Part shown: one piece after another, positions 1-12,363 of the stretch
Layout: each line of letters opens with the position of its first letter
Numbering within the stretch: the first letter of the stretch is position 1
Assembly (NCBI RefSeq): GCF_006345805.1
Contig: NC_042997.1
Location: 183,272,001 to 183,336,000 of the forward strand
DNA: 64,000 nucleotides
Direction: 5' to 3'
From: Octopus sinensis
Lineage: Eukaryota
The notes under the pieces: model-generated
Databases searched by the model: none
The model's input: the letters and a program-made list of their open reading frames with translations, nothing else
Told to the model about the DNA's origin: nothing
Position numbers and translations under genes: made by a program

Positions 1-1005
1 AATACTTGAAAGAAAATAATTTTGTTTCAGCAAAACACTTTTGCATAACATTTCAAACTTGCTAGTTCTAAGCAGATAACAACAATAATTTAAAAAGATC
101 TATAAAAAATATTATAATACTGTACAATTATTGAGTTATTATTTAAGCATTGTAGCTTGCAATAAATTAAACTTATGAGCAACAGTGCTTACATACAAAA
201 TTCAATTTTACAATGTTAGAAGCATGATGGAAATTAGTAACGATGAAGGAAAATATTAGTCATCCTTCCACACTTCCATCAAATGTATGAGTTCTGTTAT
301 GGTATCTGAGTTTACAAAACAAAATTATGATTATTAACATCCTGAGGAAATTTAATATATTTTCCTTTGGAAGAAAACAAACCAATGAAATTAAATCAAC
401 TCTGCTTAAACTAGATAAACTTAGTTTCTTCCCTAGTCAACCTAAATCACCCTTGGCTTAAACATAGAATGGACACATTGGTTAATGTAGTCCTGGACAT
501 TCTCCTAAAAAAAAATGAGATGGTCACAACTGGAATATCGTTGATCATAGGCCTATTCATTCAAGGTTAAGCCGGGGCTAAACAACAATTGGTATCACCA
601 ATAATTTAGAAACAGAATATATAATGGAGAACTTCAAGATAGTTGCTTTACGTTCCTTCTGTTGGTCCCATTTTATAAATGCATTTCTTTGAAATCGGAA
701 GAAGTGGATTGACAAAAGGTTTAAGTGTGGGGAAATACACACAATAACTCACAAACACCCACAGACTTATGTTGACCTAACTGCTTATGTCAGTAGCTTT
801 TTCCATCAGATTCCATTACAGTAAGTAAAGACAAGTACTTTTCTTACCTATGTCTCATCACATTATACATCTGCTTAACTTTTCTCCTTCATTTTATTAC
901 TTTCAAATCAATTCTTATATATTTTTTACTGATAACACCATCATCCATTTTTCCCCTCAATTAGATCCATCCCATGCACAAACTTTGTCCACTTCCAACT
1001 TTATA

Positions 1006-1233
1006 TTAACCCTTTCATTACCAACCGGGCTGAAACCAGCTCTGACTCTGAGTACAAATGTCTTGTTTTCATAAGTTTTGAATTAAAATCTTCCACCAAA
1101 CCTTAGTCACAATTTATGTTCCTAACACTAGCTGAATGATAACCAAGTTATTTTACTAAATTCTTTGTTATATTTAAAGTAATTGAAAGAAACACAGAGC
1201 ATCTCAAAATAAATACAGTAATGAAAAGGTTAA
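1006..1233. mobile_element. TTAA-flanked piggyBac-type MITE (other copies 5239-5466 and 50189-50416)
   Basis: TTAA-CCCTTTCATTAC...GTAATGAAAAGG-TTAA; three similar copies. Confidence 0.8.
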
Positions 1234-2177
1234 TATTGCATTTGAATTTCTGGAAGCTATTAATCACACTATTTTAACTTTTGATATATCCTGCAAATAT
1301 TAACAACAAATATCTGAACACTGAACAAGTTCTTCCACATGTGAACATTGCATATGAATTCAAACCATGTTGGTAAATTCTAACCATGTACTCAAAACAT
1401 GTTCACGAATTCAGTTGAGTATATCAAATTAATTAACAATTGTAATAATGTGAAATAGCAAAACAGATATGAAGGTGAGATGTTTTTAAAGGGAAAAATA
1501 AAAGGTTCTTAGATGTTGTCAAGTAAATCTAAGAGATTTGACACTCATGATCCAGTTTTTTTCACATCTTGCATTAAGATTCATCCACATAAGATTTTCT
1601 AAAGTAAAAGGTTGTGTGTAAGGGTGCATGCATGTGTGCATGCACACACACGTGTTTTTTTATCTGTCTCACTCAGAGACTGTTAGTTTTTGCAAAGCTA
1701 TTAAAAAATCTCATTTATTGTAACTGTCAATCTATTTTTTTAAATAATAAATATTTCACTCTAACATATTGTGTTTACAATTCAGTTAATATTTCACATT
1801 TTTCTATATAACTAAGAGTGCATGCACACACTTACACACACACGCATAATGTTAAGTATGCATGTAAGAGAGAAAATTTAGAAATGAAAAATAGCATGTC
1901 TATGTGAATGAGACTGTCACATGTATTCTTATTTCTGTGTGCATGTAAGTGTTCATGTGTGTGTGTGTGTAACATGCACTTATATTTAAGTACATGTATG
2001 AGTGTGTGTCTGAAGAAGTACAAGGATTTGAGGGTCATAACATTGACACCGGAGTGGAGAATCAAAGATAATTTAATGGATAATCAATTAAAATGACAAG
2101 TTGTAGAACTAGAGAATCAAAGAAAGATGAAGAGAGCGAGAGACATATTTTTGTTGAAGAAATACCAAAATGGTAAA

Positions 2178-2345
2178 CTAGAGCAAATCAAGTTCTTCAT
2201 CTTCTTCCTCCTCACAGTAATCATCAGCAGCCAGTCGAGCTGTAGCTTCTGCTATCTCATCTATTGGGTCATGAGGTGATGGGCCCCAGTCTTGACTACT
2301 TGTACCTGTTTCAGGGATTGCTAAGTCACGTGCCAGCTTTGCAAA
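2178..2345 (-). CDS. NAPG: gamma-SNAP exon 10, terminal (FAKLARDLAIP...EEEEDEELDLL*), 168 nt
   Basis: TTTAATTTCCAG acceptor, TAG stop; acidic C-terminus; summed CDS 969 nt. Confidence 0.93.
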   Translation of the reverse strand, partial: FAKLARDLAIPETGTSSQDWGPSPHDPIDEIAEATARLAADDYCEEEEDEELDLL

Positions 2346-2861
2346 CTGGAAATTAAAACAGTACAAAAGTTACACACATACGGAAAGAAAAAAAAAAGGA
2401 AAAAAAATCATTATTAGCATCATCATCATCATCATGTTATTTGCTTTTACATCTAGCTCCACCTCCTTTCCTCCTAGCAAAGACTCAATTGTTTACACAC
2501 TATGGCACATCTTATACATAATGGTTATACATCACTGCATTTATGAGATTCAATGAGTGTTTACGAAGTTTCGAATGGAAAGAGGTTGCTCTTTCATAGG
2601 GATGTGCTTTATCCAAGCGTACACCAGTTTAGCTCCAATATCAATTAATATACTTTGGATTTCACTAATTTGTGCTAGTATTAGTGTTAACACTTATGAA
2701 TTCCCAGTTGTCGTTACAGATATTTTCATCTATTCCATATAGGAGAACAGAATTTGAATAATATAAGGAAAATGGAGAGTTTAAACACAGAAAAAAATCT
2801 ATTTATTTATATAATAGTTAATATGATATCGCCTATGTATGTTTTAATTGCTTATCATCAC

Positions 2862-3226
2862 TCTCTATATATATATACGGTAAAATGTCTGCGTGTGTGT
2901 CCTTTATACAAATCCACAATTTTTCAGTTAGAGGGCTCGCACTTTCTATGGTCATTCAAAACCGTCTAAGGGTGGTCGTGCACATCTTTACATTTCCCCA
3001 GTCACCCCACAAAGCCATTAAAAAATCAATAGAAGTGACTTTTTTGTGAATTTTCTATCAAAAACCCAATCAAAATGCCCGAAACTTGATACGCCAATTG
3101 AATGCCAGCTAGCTGTATGTGACTGGTCGGAGATTTGGACAGTACTCATGTGTATGTGCGCATGCACGCAGCTGTATATGCATGCACTAGCACTATGACC
3201 TGGCGTTGCTGGGTCATAGTGCTAGT
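2862..3226 (+). mobile_element. Non-autonomous Helentron-like element
   Basis: TCTATATATATA start; terminal hairpin ACTAGCACTATGACC...GGTCATAGTGCTAGT. Confidence 0.6.
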
Positions 3227-4663
3227 CATTCATATTTTGTAATTAAGATTGCATCATGCATCTTTCCTGTGTGCTTCTCCCTAGATTTTTCTCAATTTGC
3301 TGCGTACTAAAAAGATATCTAGTACAATAGATAAGGTACTAGACAACCAGCCAAAAGATTTTGAACTGAAATTGAACTATTGATGTTATGATGTATCATC
3401 ATCATTGTTTAACGTCCGCTTTCCATGCTAGCATATGTTGGACGATTTTGACTGAAGGCTGGTGAACCAGATGGCTGCACCAGGCTCCAATCTGATCTAG
3501 CAGAGATTCTACAGCTGGATGCCCTTCCTAACGCCAACCAATGGATGCCCTTCCTAACGACAACCACTCCGAGAGTATGCTTGTGCAAAATATTTAATTC
3601 TGCAAATTTCAGTTCATTGGTATCAAGCCTATCCTAACATCATCTCCAGAGATAGATTATCTCTCAATTGCTTAAGTAACTCTCCTTATCCATTTTCAGT
3701 ATCTGTTTCTCTCTGTCTTTTAAAAGTTTTATTCAATGTGATCACATCAATGGTTTTACAAATTTTGATTGTTCATTTGTTTAATGCTTGTTTTTCCATG
3801 CTAGTATGGGTTGGACAGGGACTCATTTGAGGCAGTATTTTACAGCTGGACGCCCTTCCACTTTGTCTCCAAACTTTACCAGTTTTACAAGGAAATTTTT
3901 ATTATATTTGAAAATGCAGAGTGACTAATCATGATGTTAACAAAGCCAGCTTCAAGGATCAGAGGCCATTATAATAGCAATAGACAGAGGTGAGGGCATG
4001 CCTGTGGGCCAGAGGCTAGAGTGGGTTCACTGGAGTGATGAAATGCCAGTTAGAGCAATCCATCTCTGGATGCAATCCAGGGTGTTTGTGTGCATAGCAG
4101 CAGCACTATTCCAGGTGAAAATGGTAATTATTTCCTTCAATTTGGTTATCTGGGATAAATTTATTTAAGAACACCAGTAGTGACAATATTTTAACTCATG
4201 TTTTTTTGTTGGAGGCCCAGCATCTTAAAACACAAACACTTTACTTAAAAGATAACGTTACCATCATTTGTGCTGGTGACACATGAAAAACATTCGGAGG
4301 CATGTAAAAAACACCATTTGAGCATGGCCGTTGCCAGTACCGCCTGACTGGCCCTCATGCCAGTGGCACGTAAAAGCACTCACTACATTCTCGGAGTGGT
4401 TGGCGTTACGAAGGGCATCCAGCTGTAGAAACTCTGCCAGATCAAGATTGGAGCCTGGTGCAGCCATCTGGTTTGCCAGTCCTCAGTCAATCCAATCCAT
4501 GCTAGCATTGAAAGCAGACTTTAAACAATGATGATGATGATAAGCATTTTTAGAATTGCTTTTGTTTTTTTTGTTTTTTTCAAGAAAAATAATTTACACC
4601 TTAGAATAAATCAAACATCAAATAAAGAAAATAAAGAGGAAATGGTTAGGAGTTCATACATAC

Positions 4664-4793
4664 AGCGTTATCCATGTGTCGTACAAGTGGAGAATCTAAA
4701 ATGGCTCTTCCAGCTGCCTCATCTGCTGTATCATAAGCTTTCAAGAGTCTGTACATATACATTGCATCATCACCGTCTGAAAGTTCTGGACAC
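4664..4793 (-). CDS. NAPG: gamma-SNAP exon 9 (CPELSDGDDAMYMYRLLKAYDTADEAAGRAILDSPLVRHMDNA), 130 nt
   Basis: TTCCATTCCAG acceptor, GTATGT donor; LLxxYD and SPLxxxMDN motifs of SNAP proteins. Confidence 0.93.
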
Positions 4794-5176
4794 CTGGAAT
4801 GGAAACATAACAATGGAAACTATTTACAATCGCAAATATTGCATCCCTTATGGTGCATGATATGAAATTTGTAGGTAGTGAATCACTGCAGTAGTTTGAA
4901 GTGCTTGATGTTTTTGAAGGAAGTGTTGAATAAGAAGGGTACAAAAATTTAAAGGTGATTATAGAAGTGTGAATATTCACCTTTCAATGTGTCTATTAAT
5001 GGACACGTTAATTTCAACATGTTATTACACCTACAGAAAACTAAGATAGATTTCTCATATAGCACTAGTTTTTGTGTAACTTTTATTCATATTTTGCTTT
5101 TTAGATATTGTTACCTTGGAGACAGTACAACTACAGTGGCAACTACTCTAGTTCCTGTGACATTAAGCAAGTTACT

Positions 5177-5605
5177 TTAACCCTTTTGATACCAACACAC
5201 CTGAAGTTACCTCTGATTCTATGATCAAACTCCATGTTTTAACCATTTCGTTACTGTATTTATTTTGAGATGCAACATATTTCTTTCAATTACTTTAAAT
5301 ATAACAAAGAATTTAGTACAATAACTTAGTTATCATTAAGCTAGTGTTAGGAACATAAATTGTGACTAAGGTTTGGTGGAAGATTTTAATTCCAAACTTA
5401 TGAAAACAAGACATTTGTACTTAGAGCCAGAGCCGGTTTCAGCCGGGTTGGTAACAAAAGGGTTAAAGTGATCTAAATTAGAACCTTCCACCAAAATCTC
5501 ATGTTAATTTATGTTTTAAACACCAGCTAAATTCTTTATTGTTTTCAAAATTAACTGAAGCACGGGCAGTATATTTCAACCAAAATATGGTAACAAAAGG
5601 GTTAA
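5177..5605. mobile_element. TTAA MITE with a second TTAA MITE nested inside
   Basis: Outer TTAACCCTTTTGATACC...GGTAACAAAAGGGTTAA; inner element bounded by TTAA at 5239 and 5463. Confidence 0.75.
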
Positions 5606-7614
5606 ACTGAAGACATCATAATAAATCCAACTAGAAAAATATATTCCATATGATATTTTTCTGTAGTTTTCTATCATAATTGAAATATTGTAAAAAAATT
5701 TCCCTTCAAAAACCATTACTTTAGTTTGTATGATGAAAATCTTTCCAATAAAGGATATCCTGGTAGATAAGGTTATCTTAAATTCTAAATTATTCTTAAC
5801 AAATAAAATGAAACAATAACCAAAAATAAAATTTTAAATTTAATGAAAATAACTTAACATAATAGATGATTTAATATATTCTTTTGTAAAGGGCTTATAA
5901 GTTCACCAATGATTTTCCCAGTTAGGTTTTGTTGGTGCAGCAGATATCAAAATTAATGAATTTAAATACTAAATAAAAAAACAAAAAAACAAATATTAAT
6001 TTTAAAGTGATTTTGTGGATTGGTATTTAACTGGACACCACTATTTACTTAGAAAGGCTGTCAAGACTGCTCCTTTTTGGATTAAAAATAATTTTCAAAA
6101 TTTATTTTTCTCAGAGTTCACAGCTGGGGTTAAATTTAAGCTAGAATAAACTATGATTCATACAAAATTCAAAGGACTCACTATCAACAAAATTGTTAAA
6201 ATGCAATACTTCCTCTTTATTAAGACATGATAGTAAAGGAAACAGAACATACGCAGATTGTTTCACTGCTCTCCACAAGATAGACAATATATTCAGAAAG
6301 CTGGATCTGTGGATCATACATCATCATCATCATTGTTTAACGTCCATTTTCCGTGCTAGCACGGGTTGGACGGTTCGACCGGGGTCTGGGAAGCCAGGAG
6401 GCTGCACCAGGCTTCAGTCTGATCTGGCAGTGTTTCTATAGCTGGATGCCCTTCCTAACACCAACCATTCCATGAGTGTAGTGGGTGCTTTTTACGTGCC
6501 ACCAGCACAGGTGCCAGGGGAGGCTGGCAGCGGCCACGATTGGTTGGTGCTTTTTACGTGCCACCAGCACAGAAGCCAGTCAAGGCGGCACTGGCATCGG
6601 TTACGTTTGGATGGTGCTTTTTACGTAGACATTTTATCAACTGCCTACATGCTACAGGCTGACCAAAAGTATACAACAACTAGATTTGTAGTCAGGAGTT
6701 TTAAGTTACCTTTCATAATTTTGGCTAGACTAAGAAAAGTGAGAGACTATCAGTTTATGAACAATTGACTTAAGTTAACACCACTTTAAAACACAAACTA
6801 GCATTAATGGCTATTGGCTGTTATTGAACATGTAATACAAATGACAACAACTGTTGGGTGGAAAAGAGTCCTGTGCTGACAGAGGATCGTATATATAACA
6901 AAGGAAGACATAGAAGTAATGAGATCAGAATGTTGTGCCTCAAAAATGAAATGACATAGGATTGAGAAGAGCTGTAATATGCTTGTTAAACTGCAAATCT
7001 ACATAACTTGAACAAAAGTGGAATGCTAAAACGATGATGATGATGATGATCAATGCAATAAAGTTTATAAAACTAAATGTATAAGATGCAGGCATGGCTG
7101 TGTAGGTAAGAAGTTTGCTTCCAAAACATATGATTTCAGGTTCAGTCCCATTGTAAAGTGCCATGGGTAGTATCTTCTATAGCTCCAAGCCAACCAAAAT
7201 CTTGAGTGATTTGGTAGATTGGAAAAGAAGCCGATCACGTGTATGTGTGCATTTGTGTGTGTTGAAATCATCCGGTAATTGTGACTGAGTGGTATTAGGA
7301 AGGGCATCAAGCCATAGAAACCATGTCAAAGCTGACAGTGGAGCTTGGCACAATCTTTTGAGTTGTCAGTTCCTGTCAAACCATCCAACCCATGCCAGCA
7401 TAGAAAACAGATGTTAGGTGGTGGTGATGATGAAATATAAGTATGACCATTATACAAGCAATATCATTTGTTTCCAATCTTCTGTGAAAACACGTCCAGC
7501 TATGAGGAAACAAGTGAGGAGTGGTGGCAGGAAGAGCACCTAGCTGCAAAAAATCTGCCTCAACAAATTCTGTCCAACCCATGAGAGGATGTAAAAATGG
7601 ATGTTAAAACAATG

Positions 7615-8004
7615 ACTAGCAGTATCGCCTGGCGTTGCTCGGGTTTGTTTCGACCCTTTAGAATTGGAATTTTTGAAAAGTAAAAATTTTGCATTATGTA
7701 GCTTGTTATTCTCTTTAAGTGAACATTTTTCTGGTTGAAATACACCGAAAAATGGCGACACAACAGTAAAAAAATCGTAAAAAATGGGGATTTTCATAGA
7801 AAAAAAGCACCTTTTTGATGTAAATAATGTTTGGTGTTAACATGGTCCGGTTTGAATTTTTTCTTCTACGGAAGGAAGAGCAAGCCTTCTATCATCCTCT
7901 CAATTTTGGTCAACTTGCGCCGCAGGGTCTCAGAGGAGATAGTGTTAGTTGAAGGCTACCAAACCTGCCATACACAGACAACTTCAGCTTTATATATATA
8001 GAGA
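7615..8004 (-). mobile_element. Non-autonomous Helentron-like (DINE/HINE-type) element; copies at 59767-60153 and 61104-61506
   Basis: Ends TCTATATATATAAA...CGAGCAACGCCAGGCGATACTGCTAGT on the minus strand; three similar copies. Confidence 0.65.
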
Positions 8005-8086
8005 TGATGAAAGTGTTTTTAACGCTATGCTTGTTAAAAAGCAAACAGACACACCCCTTCTTAAGCACAAGCAGAATTTTACTTAC

Positions 8087-8245
8087 TTGAAGTAGTCTTC
8101 ATAAAAATTAAAACCTCCTGCAAAATCTTCGTTGTGTAAATACAACATTATCACACCGACGGCAGCTTTACCTATCATCGGCCAATTCTGAGTCTTTTTG
8201 TGGTGATGTATTTCCTTTTTCAAATATTCAATTGATTGTTCAAGC
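8087..8245 (-). CDS. NAPG: gamma-SNAP exon 8 (LEQSIEYLKKEIHHHKKTQNWPMIGKAAVGVIMLYLHNEDFAGGFNFYEDYF-K), 159 nt
   Basis: ATTTCAG acceptor, GTAAGT donor; open in the expected phase; V..LHxxD motif. Confidence 0.9.
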
Positions 8246-9069
8246 CTGAAATTGTATTACAGAAAATATAAATACCAGAATTACGGAGATGTACTTGCAT
8301 AGCAAGTGATTTGATCTGAGATCGTGTTCTGAAACGAAAACAATTGCAGCGTTGAAGGTGTTTATAAGCCATTTAAGAAACACACAAAAGCTGTTCGATT
8401 CACTAAATACCAGAAAATGTAATATTGTAAAATCAACAGTAAAACCAACAGAAGAGCTAAGATAATTTAAATGTACCTCCTTCCTAAAATGACTAAATTT
8501 TTCAAATTATGATTCCAGTTATTGTATATGTCACATTATCTTAAAAACTGAAAAGCAGCTATCACTTTTAGTGTAGCTAAATTCATAGACTTTTACAACT
8601 GAGAAGCAAGCTTTGTAACTGATAACTTTTTGGTAATGTTACTAATGATAATAATCCTTTCTGCTAAAGGCACAAGGCATGAAATTTTAGGGGAGGGGGA
8701 AAGGCAATTATATCGACTCCAGTACTACTAACAACAAAAACAACAACAACAACAATAATAATAATAATAATAATAATAATCCTTTTTACTAAAGGCACAA
8801 GACTTGAAATTTTGGGGGAGGGGACTAGTGGATTACATTGACCCCAGTGTTTCAGTGGTACTTAATTTATCGACCCCGAAAGGATGAAAGGCAAAGTTGA
8901 CCTCGGCAGAATTTGAACTAAGAACGTAAAAATGGAGGAAATATGAAGAACTAATTCTGAAAAAGATGCACTTCTTTACCAAGAACTATGAGAATTACAA
9001 TGTTTAGAAGAAAGGTCACTACAGTTCAGATATTCTTTAAACTATCTTTGAACACAAATCCAGACATAC

Positions 9070-9140
9070 TTGCGCTGGTGAATTAAAATTCGGGCAGCCT
9101 TCCCAATATTTTCGGCAGCATTGTTTGGTCGGTCCTCATT
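9070..9140 (-). CDS. NAPG: gamma-SNAP exon 7 (NEDRPNNAAENIGKAARILIHQR-K), 71 nt
   Basis: CTTTTTCTAG acceptor, GTATGT donor; corresponds to NEERLRQAVELLGKASRLLVRGRR. Confidence 0.92.
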
Positions 9141-9224
9141 CTAGAAAAAGAAGAATAAATGTAAAAATGTATTCATATAGGTTTTGTATCTTTGTATGTA
9201 TATGTGTGTTTATATATATATATA

Positions 9225-9520
9225 TATATATATAAATTAGTAAAAAAACCCACCTTTTATCAATTCAATAATGAAAAAATTAAATTATACCATTTAGAAA
9301 AATTACAACTTATAGAAAGATTAAATATAAGATAAAACATATACCAATGATTAAGTAATGTACAAAATAATAAATAAAACGTATATATTTGGTAGAAGAA
9401 CTACATGTGTTTCGTGGCTTTTAATCTTTCTATAAGATGTAATTTTTCTAAATGGTATAATTTAATTTTTACATTATTGAATTGATAAAAGGTGGATTTT
9501 TTTCTAATTTATATATATAT
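9225..9520. repeat. Fold-back element, about 100-nt inverted arms, at a (TA)n tract
   Basis: 9225-9325 is the reverse complement of 9420-9520 with few mismatches; spacer has a GAAACACATGTA half-motif on the minus strand. Confidence 0.85.
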
Positions 9521-10399
9521 ATTATATTATATTTTGTGAAATTTGATTTGGTATTTCTAAATTGAATTTTTCCCTGTAAGTTTGGAATAATATTCCCCCA
9601 TATTTTATATATATATATATATCATGATAATAGGTGTAGCCATGGTTGCAAGGGTAAGAAGTTTGCACTGTAACTACATAGTTGCATGTTACCTTGGATA
9701 AGTGTCCCCTACTATAACACCAAGTCAACTAATGCCTTGAGAGTGATTTTGATAGAAAGAAACTGCAGGAAGCTTGTGTAAATATCTGTGAGTGTGTTTG
9801 CATGTGTGCACATGTTTATGTGTGCATTGGGTGTGAATGCTCATATTCCTCGTTTGTCACTTGTCATTGCTTGTGTGAAATGATAGTAATTTTGGTGTTT
9901 CTTGTTGACATTATGACTATTTTCTCTGAACATTTGAAGACCTTTGGAATTAAAAAAAAATCCTTTACTTGAAAAAGTAGGTAAAGATTGGCAGCTATAA
10001 AATCCTGCCTCAAATAATTACCTATCTAACCCATGCCAGCATGGAAACACTAACACTAAACAAATGACCAAATATACATTTATATATGTATACAAATATT
10101 TTTGTGTATAAACACCCCAATACACATACATATCTGCTTGTATGTGTTTTATATCTTTGTGTATGTGTGTTTATATGTGTGTACACTTACACACACACAC
10201 ACATGTATGGATTCCTGTGTTAATGTTTACTGGCATCATGTGTTCGTTTGCTAAAGTGTTATTTGATTAATTCATCTATATTCATTGACTCTTTGAATAA
10301 CAGATTGAAATTAGTACATGGGATGATTGAGATGATGCAATTGACTAAATCCTTTGATTGAAAGTAGTAAAAGAATACATGATAAAAGAATAAAAGATA

Positions 10400-10770
10400 A
10401 CATGGACGCCACTCGGACCCAAAAGATTGACCATTATGTAAACCTCCTTGAGGAATGTGAAGACATAGGCTGGAAAGCGGAGCATTTTCCAATCGAAGTT
10501 GGATGTAGAGGGTTTGTTGGACACAGTGTGAGACGACTGTTGTTATTGCTAGGCCTAACTCATCATAAAGTCAATACCACCATAACCGATATCCAAACTA
10601 TGGTGGAGAATCTAGCCACTGGATTTGGTAAAAAAGAGACAATGAGCGATGGCTAGAAGAATATTGAGCTTTATTTGATAACCAGTTGATCTAGTAAGCG
10701 GGGCCTCATATCAGTGAGGCGGGGCTGGTGCGCATTGATGCCGTCAAGAGGTAGGCCCCGAAATGGCGCA
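10400..10770 (+). mobile_element. 3' fragment of an RLE-type non-LTR retrotransposon (Hero-like)
   Basis: Y..L.EEC...GW....FPIEVGCRGF...S...LL..LG, a restriction-like endonuclease signature. Confidence 0.75.
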
Positions 10771-10994
10771 CATTCTCTCCTGATGACTCCATACACTTGC
10801 TGGCTTCTGGTATGTGAAGTTTTTGACTGGTAGCACTTGCATGTGCAAGTTGTTTGCAAGACATCATATAATGTACATATTTATGCATGTGTACGTAAGT
10901 ATGTGTGTGTGTGAAGAATGATGATATGTAAACTAAACCCACTCTCATCATTTAAGGCAATACATTTTATCCCTGGCATAAATTTCAAACTTAC

Positions 10995-11061
10995 ATCGGC
11001 AATGGCACTAGCCTTTTTGTACATATGAACTGCTTTTAAGGGGAATTCTTGTTCAACCATT
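10995..11061 (-). CDS. NAPG: gamma-SNAP exon 6 (MVEQEFPLKAVHMYKKASAIAD), 67 nt
   Basis: TTTCATTTCAG acceptor, GTAAGT donor; frame-consistent; corresponds to LIENVDPEKAVQLYQQTANVFE. Confidence 0.9.
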
Positions 11062-11709
11062 CTGAAATGAAAGAATATTATCTAATTAAAATAAAAGAAA
11101 TATAAATTAACAGAAAAGAAAAAGAGAACAGGTAACACCTTTATGATTCTTATTACAGCAACCACCATCCCAACTCCTATTTGGCACCACTGAGAGCACA
11201 TAGTTGCTAGATGACCGCATTTTTCAGATATTGCTTTTTAAATTACTAAGTACCTTATGAAACTGATTAAAACTCTATATATGCATCAGTATTATCATTA
11301 ATATTCTGAATATACATAGAAATGAAAGAAATAGGAAGAAATATATGTATAAGTTAAGTGAAGAACAAGTTTTATTAACCAAATACAAAACAAATATTGT
11401 AAATGCAGTAAAATAAAATACTGTACATTGAGTAGCAATGATCCATTTTAGATACAGTAAAAACTTTTTTTTTTCTTTTAATGACCACAGATTAACACAA
11501 ATTAGAGCAAATTATTTTGACTCTAATTAAGACACATCTTTTTTGAGTTTTGGGTGCCATTTGGTTGAGGATTCCAGTTGAGTACCAGAAAAAGTTTACT
11601 ATATAAAGTACTGATGACAAACATGATATTTTCAGGAAGTAAGTTAACCAAATGAGTCGGGTATTTGATAACTGGCTCTTGGGTTAGTGCAAGTTCATAT
11701 TTTGCTGTT

Positions 11710-12363
11710 GACCTCTGGAAGTGTGCTGTGCGCGAGAAGACCCGGCAGGACAAGTGAGTCATAACCCGTGGCCTTCTACATGGGATGGAGCCAGCCTACG
11801 TATGCATACCTTCCCTTCTTGGGACACAAATCTACTTGTGAAGACGTGATGAGGCAAGTGAGGATCAGAATCGAAATCGATCAATAGAAATTGCGGATGT
11901 GCTACCAGTGCCGGTGGCATGTCAAAACTCTGCTTGTGAAGACCCGTTGAGGCAAGTGACGATCAGAATCGAAATCGATCAATGGAAATCGATCAATGGA
12001 AATTGCAGATGTGTTACCAGTGCCGGTGGCATGTAAGAGAACTTTCCGTTTCGCGACCGTTGCCAGCACCGCCCCGTTTCGTGTCCGTTGCCAGCCTCGC
12101 CTGGCCCTCGTGCCGGTGGCACATAAAAAGCACCATCCGTTCGTGGCCGTTTGCCAGCTCTGTCTGGCACCAGTGCGGGTGGCACGTAAAAAGCACCCAC
12201 TACACTCACGGAGTGGTTGGCGTTAGGAAGGGCATCCAGCCGTAGAAACACTGCAAGATTTGACTGGGCCTGATGAAGCCTTCTGGCTTCACAGACCCCA
12301 GTAGAACCGTCCAACCCATGCTAGCATGGAAAACGGACGCTAAACGATGATGATGATGATGAT
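11710..12363 (+). mobile_element. Young 5'-truncated RTE-clade LINE copy (ORF end DLWKCAVREKTRQDK*, 3' UTR, (GAT)n tail)
   Basis: Near-identical reverse complement of the 26905 and 31396 copies, including shared private variants. Confidence 0.88.

Noticed and set aside
10740-10790. GAAA...CTGATGA in the Hero-like 3' UTR as a type II hammerhead
   Set aside because: I could not pair stems I to III convincingly
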